From: Catajapyx aquilonaris
Lineage: Eukaryota
Length of the DNA stretch: 36,219 nt
Direction of reading: 5' to 3'
Assembly (NCBI GenBank): GCA_000934665.2
Contig: KZ539019.1
Span: 1 to 36,219, forward strand
A program made the translations under genes and the position numbers. Of this stretch, positions 34,877-36,219 are shown in pieces (the stretch's first letter is position 1; the number at the start of each line of letters is the position of its first letter). Under the pieces are notes generated by a model. That model was given only the letters and a program-made list of their open reading frames with translations, ran no database searches and had not been told where the DNA came from.

Positions 34877-35395
34877 TGGTGCACGCTCCCTGGCCCTCCT
34901 GCCTCCCCGTGAAGGCCATCTGACGCAACATCCGGTCCTGCGCAGTCGACTCTGCGCATCCTCTCAGAGGAAAAAGGCTCTCGACTTCTCAAGAAACCAA
35001 ATAGTCTCATTACTTATATACTCTTCATTGTCTACAAACTTTTCGGCCATTCCTTCTCTATCTCTTTTTTTTATTTATTATTATATTAATGCGATCCTGG
35101 GAAAATAGTAAGGAAGGAAGGAAGGAATTTGCCTGGGAAGATTCACAAAAAAATATGGGGTGCCCGCAGGCTATTTCTCAGCGGTTTGCACGATCCTTTT
35201 TGTACCAGACCACTACCACCAACCTAAACTTTCCAGTGGTCACCACACAACTGACCATAAAAATGGCTACCGTGATTTCGCACAAGTCTATATCAAACAC
35301 TGTTGTTTACAAGTTGGGCTAATTTAACAACGTTTTTTTTCTTGTCTTTCTATCAGGAAAAGGAAGAGATTGCAGACTGGTTGCATCATTTGGAC

Positions 35396-35476
35396 CTCCC
35401 ACTATCCTTGGCACTGGAAGAATTCACAGATGGAATTTAGAATCGTGGGTTCCCCGGTGCCAAAGATAAGAAGGAG
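35396..35476 (+). ncRNA. mir-263b: pre-miRNA miR-263b (miR-182-related, MIR-96/183 family); mature 5p ~35407-35430
   Basis: 5p arm CTTGGCACTGGAAGAATTCACAGA matches arthropod miR-263b. It pairs with GTGGGTTCCCCGGTGCCAAAG, with flanking TATC/GATA and CTCC/GGAG stems. Clustered 600 nt from miR-263a on the same strand. Confidence 0.95.
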
Positions 35477-35555
35477 TTAGAGCAACTGGAGGTGGCATAT
35501 ACTGAGGATCAGGATGTTATGAAGAAAGTGTGCTTATTTGGATGATCTGCACTGA

Positions 35556-35561
35556 AATAAA
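35556..35561 (+). terminator. Candidate polyadenylation signal of the pri-miR-263 transcript
   Basis: AATAAA ~80 nt after the miR-263b hairpin, followed by T/GT-rich sequence (TGTTCGTTCATTTTGT). Confidence 0.5.
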
Positions 35562-36219
35562 ATCTTCAACTGATGTTCGTTCATTTTGTATACTCCTTTA
35601 CAGTGATTAGACGATTTAATTATTGCGAGGCAAATTGTAAAATATTTTCTACACAAATGGAAGCCATCCGAGGCATTATTGGCTTACTGTCATTGTGATA
35701 GACTGAAACCTGTAGTTACCTACCGATTCTGTCTGTTTCCTATCTGTCCGATTTGTCATCTGATATTCATTTATTACACACTGCATATTGAACCGTGTAT
35801 ACGAAGCGCATGGTCGGAATGTCACCTTGTCGGATGCAAATTGCATTAGTCATGATCAACCCTTATTGTTACGGACAAGATAACGATTATTAACCTGCCA
35901 ATAATGCCCAAGGTTGGAACTGTAAATGCTAGTTTGGATTGCGCAATTGTGCAAAAGCGTTAGGTATGATTGTGTTAAGTCTAATATGCGTTACTTGCGT
36001 GATTATACCAGGAAAAACAAGTAAATGCACTGTAATGAGGTGTAGGTTGTGCTGCATGGAGCGTGTTACAGTACCTGATGGACTATCTTTCTGTCGATAC
36101 ATTTGCACATACTGTAAAGACACTGTCACCTTATTCATTTACGCATGTATTGATCATAGTGGTGATTTCATATCATTGTTCCAATCATACCTTTCTCCTT
36201 TCCCATTTGATACTTGGTA

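Noticed and set aside
34745..35545. Apparent duplicated coding exons with a GTGRIH motif (RINGv-like) and a SAM-like frame EEIADWLHHLDL
   Set aside because: The shared sequence is exactly the two miR-263 mature arms, and all frames hit early stops. The protein resemblance is a by-product.
36023..36044. TAAATGCACT resembling the miR-277 5' end, in a weak hairpin
   Set aside because: Only 10 nt match, the remainder differs and the stem is bulged and short.

Overview
Eukaryotic, almost certainly arthropod/panarthropod genomic DNA from a draft assembly with two N gaps. (1) Left ~9.3 kb: 3' end of a + strand CaMKI (Ca2+/calmodulin-dependent kinase I) gene. The exon encoding the autoinhibitory segment stops mid calmodulin-binding helix (...KKNFAKSRWR|). 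At least two different downstream exons (1499, 3301) can complete that helix, and several weaker candidates follow. (2) 9976-11243, minus strand: a compact two-exon gene (56-nt intron joins two ORF-track ORFs into 403 aa). It encodes a largely disordered nuclear-looking protein with three CtBP-type motifs and a C-terminal block I cannot assign to a named family. Its flanks look immediate-early-like (7 perfect CREs, ETS and CArG upstream; ARE and Pumilio sites in the 3'UTR). (3) ~22 kb of CpG-rich non-coding DNA with several TA-flanked MITEs, palindromes, a 36-bp minisatellite and an (AT)n microsatellite. (4) Right end: the miR-263a/miR-263b (miR-183/182 family) cluster, each hairpin just downstream of its own 3' splice site, followed by a polyA signal. 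All calls were made by eye without database searches.
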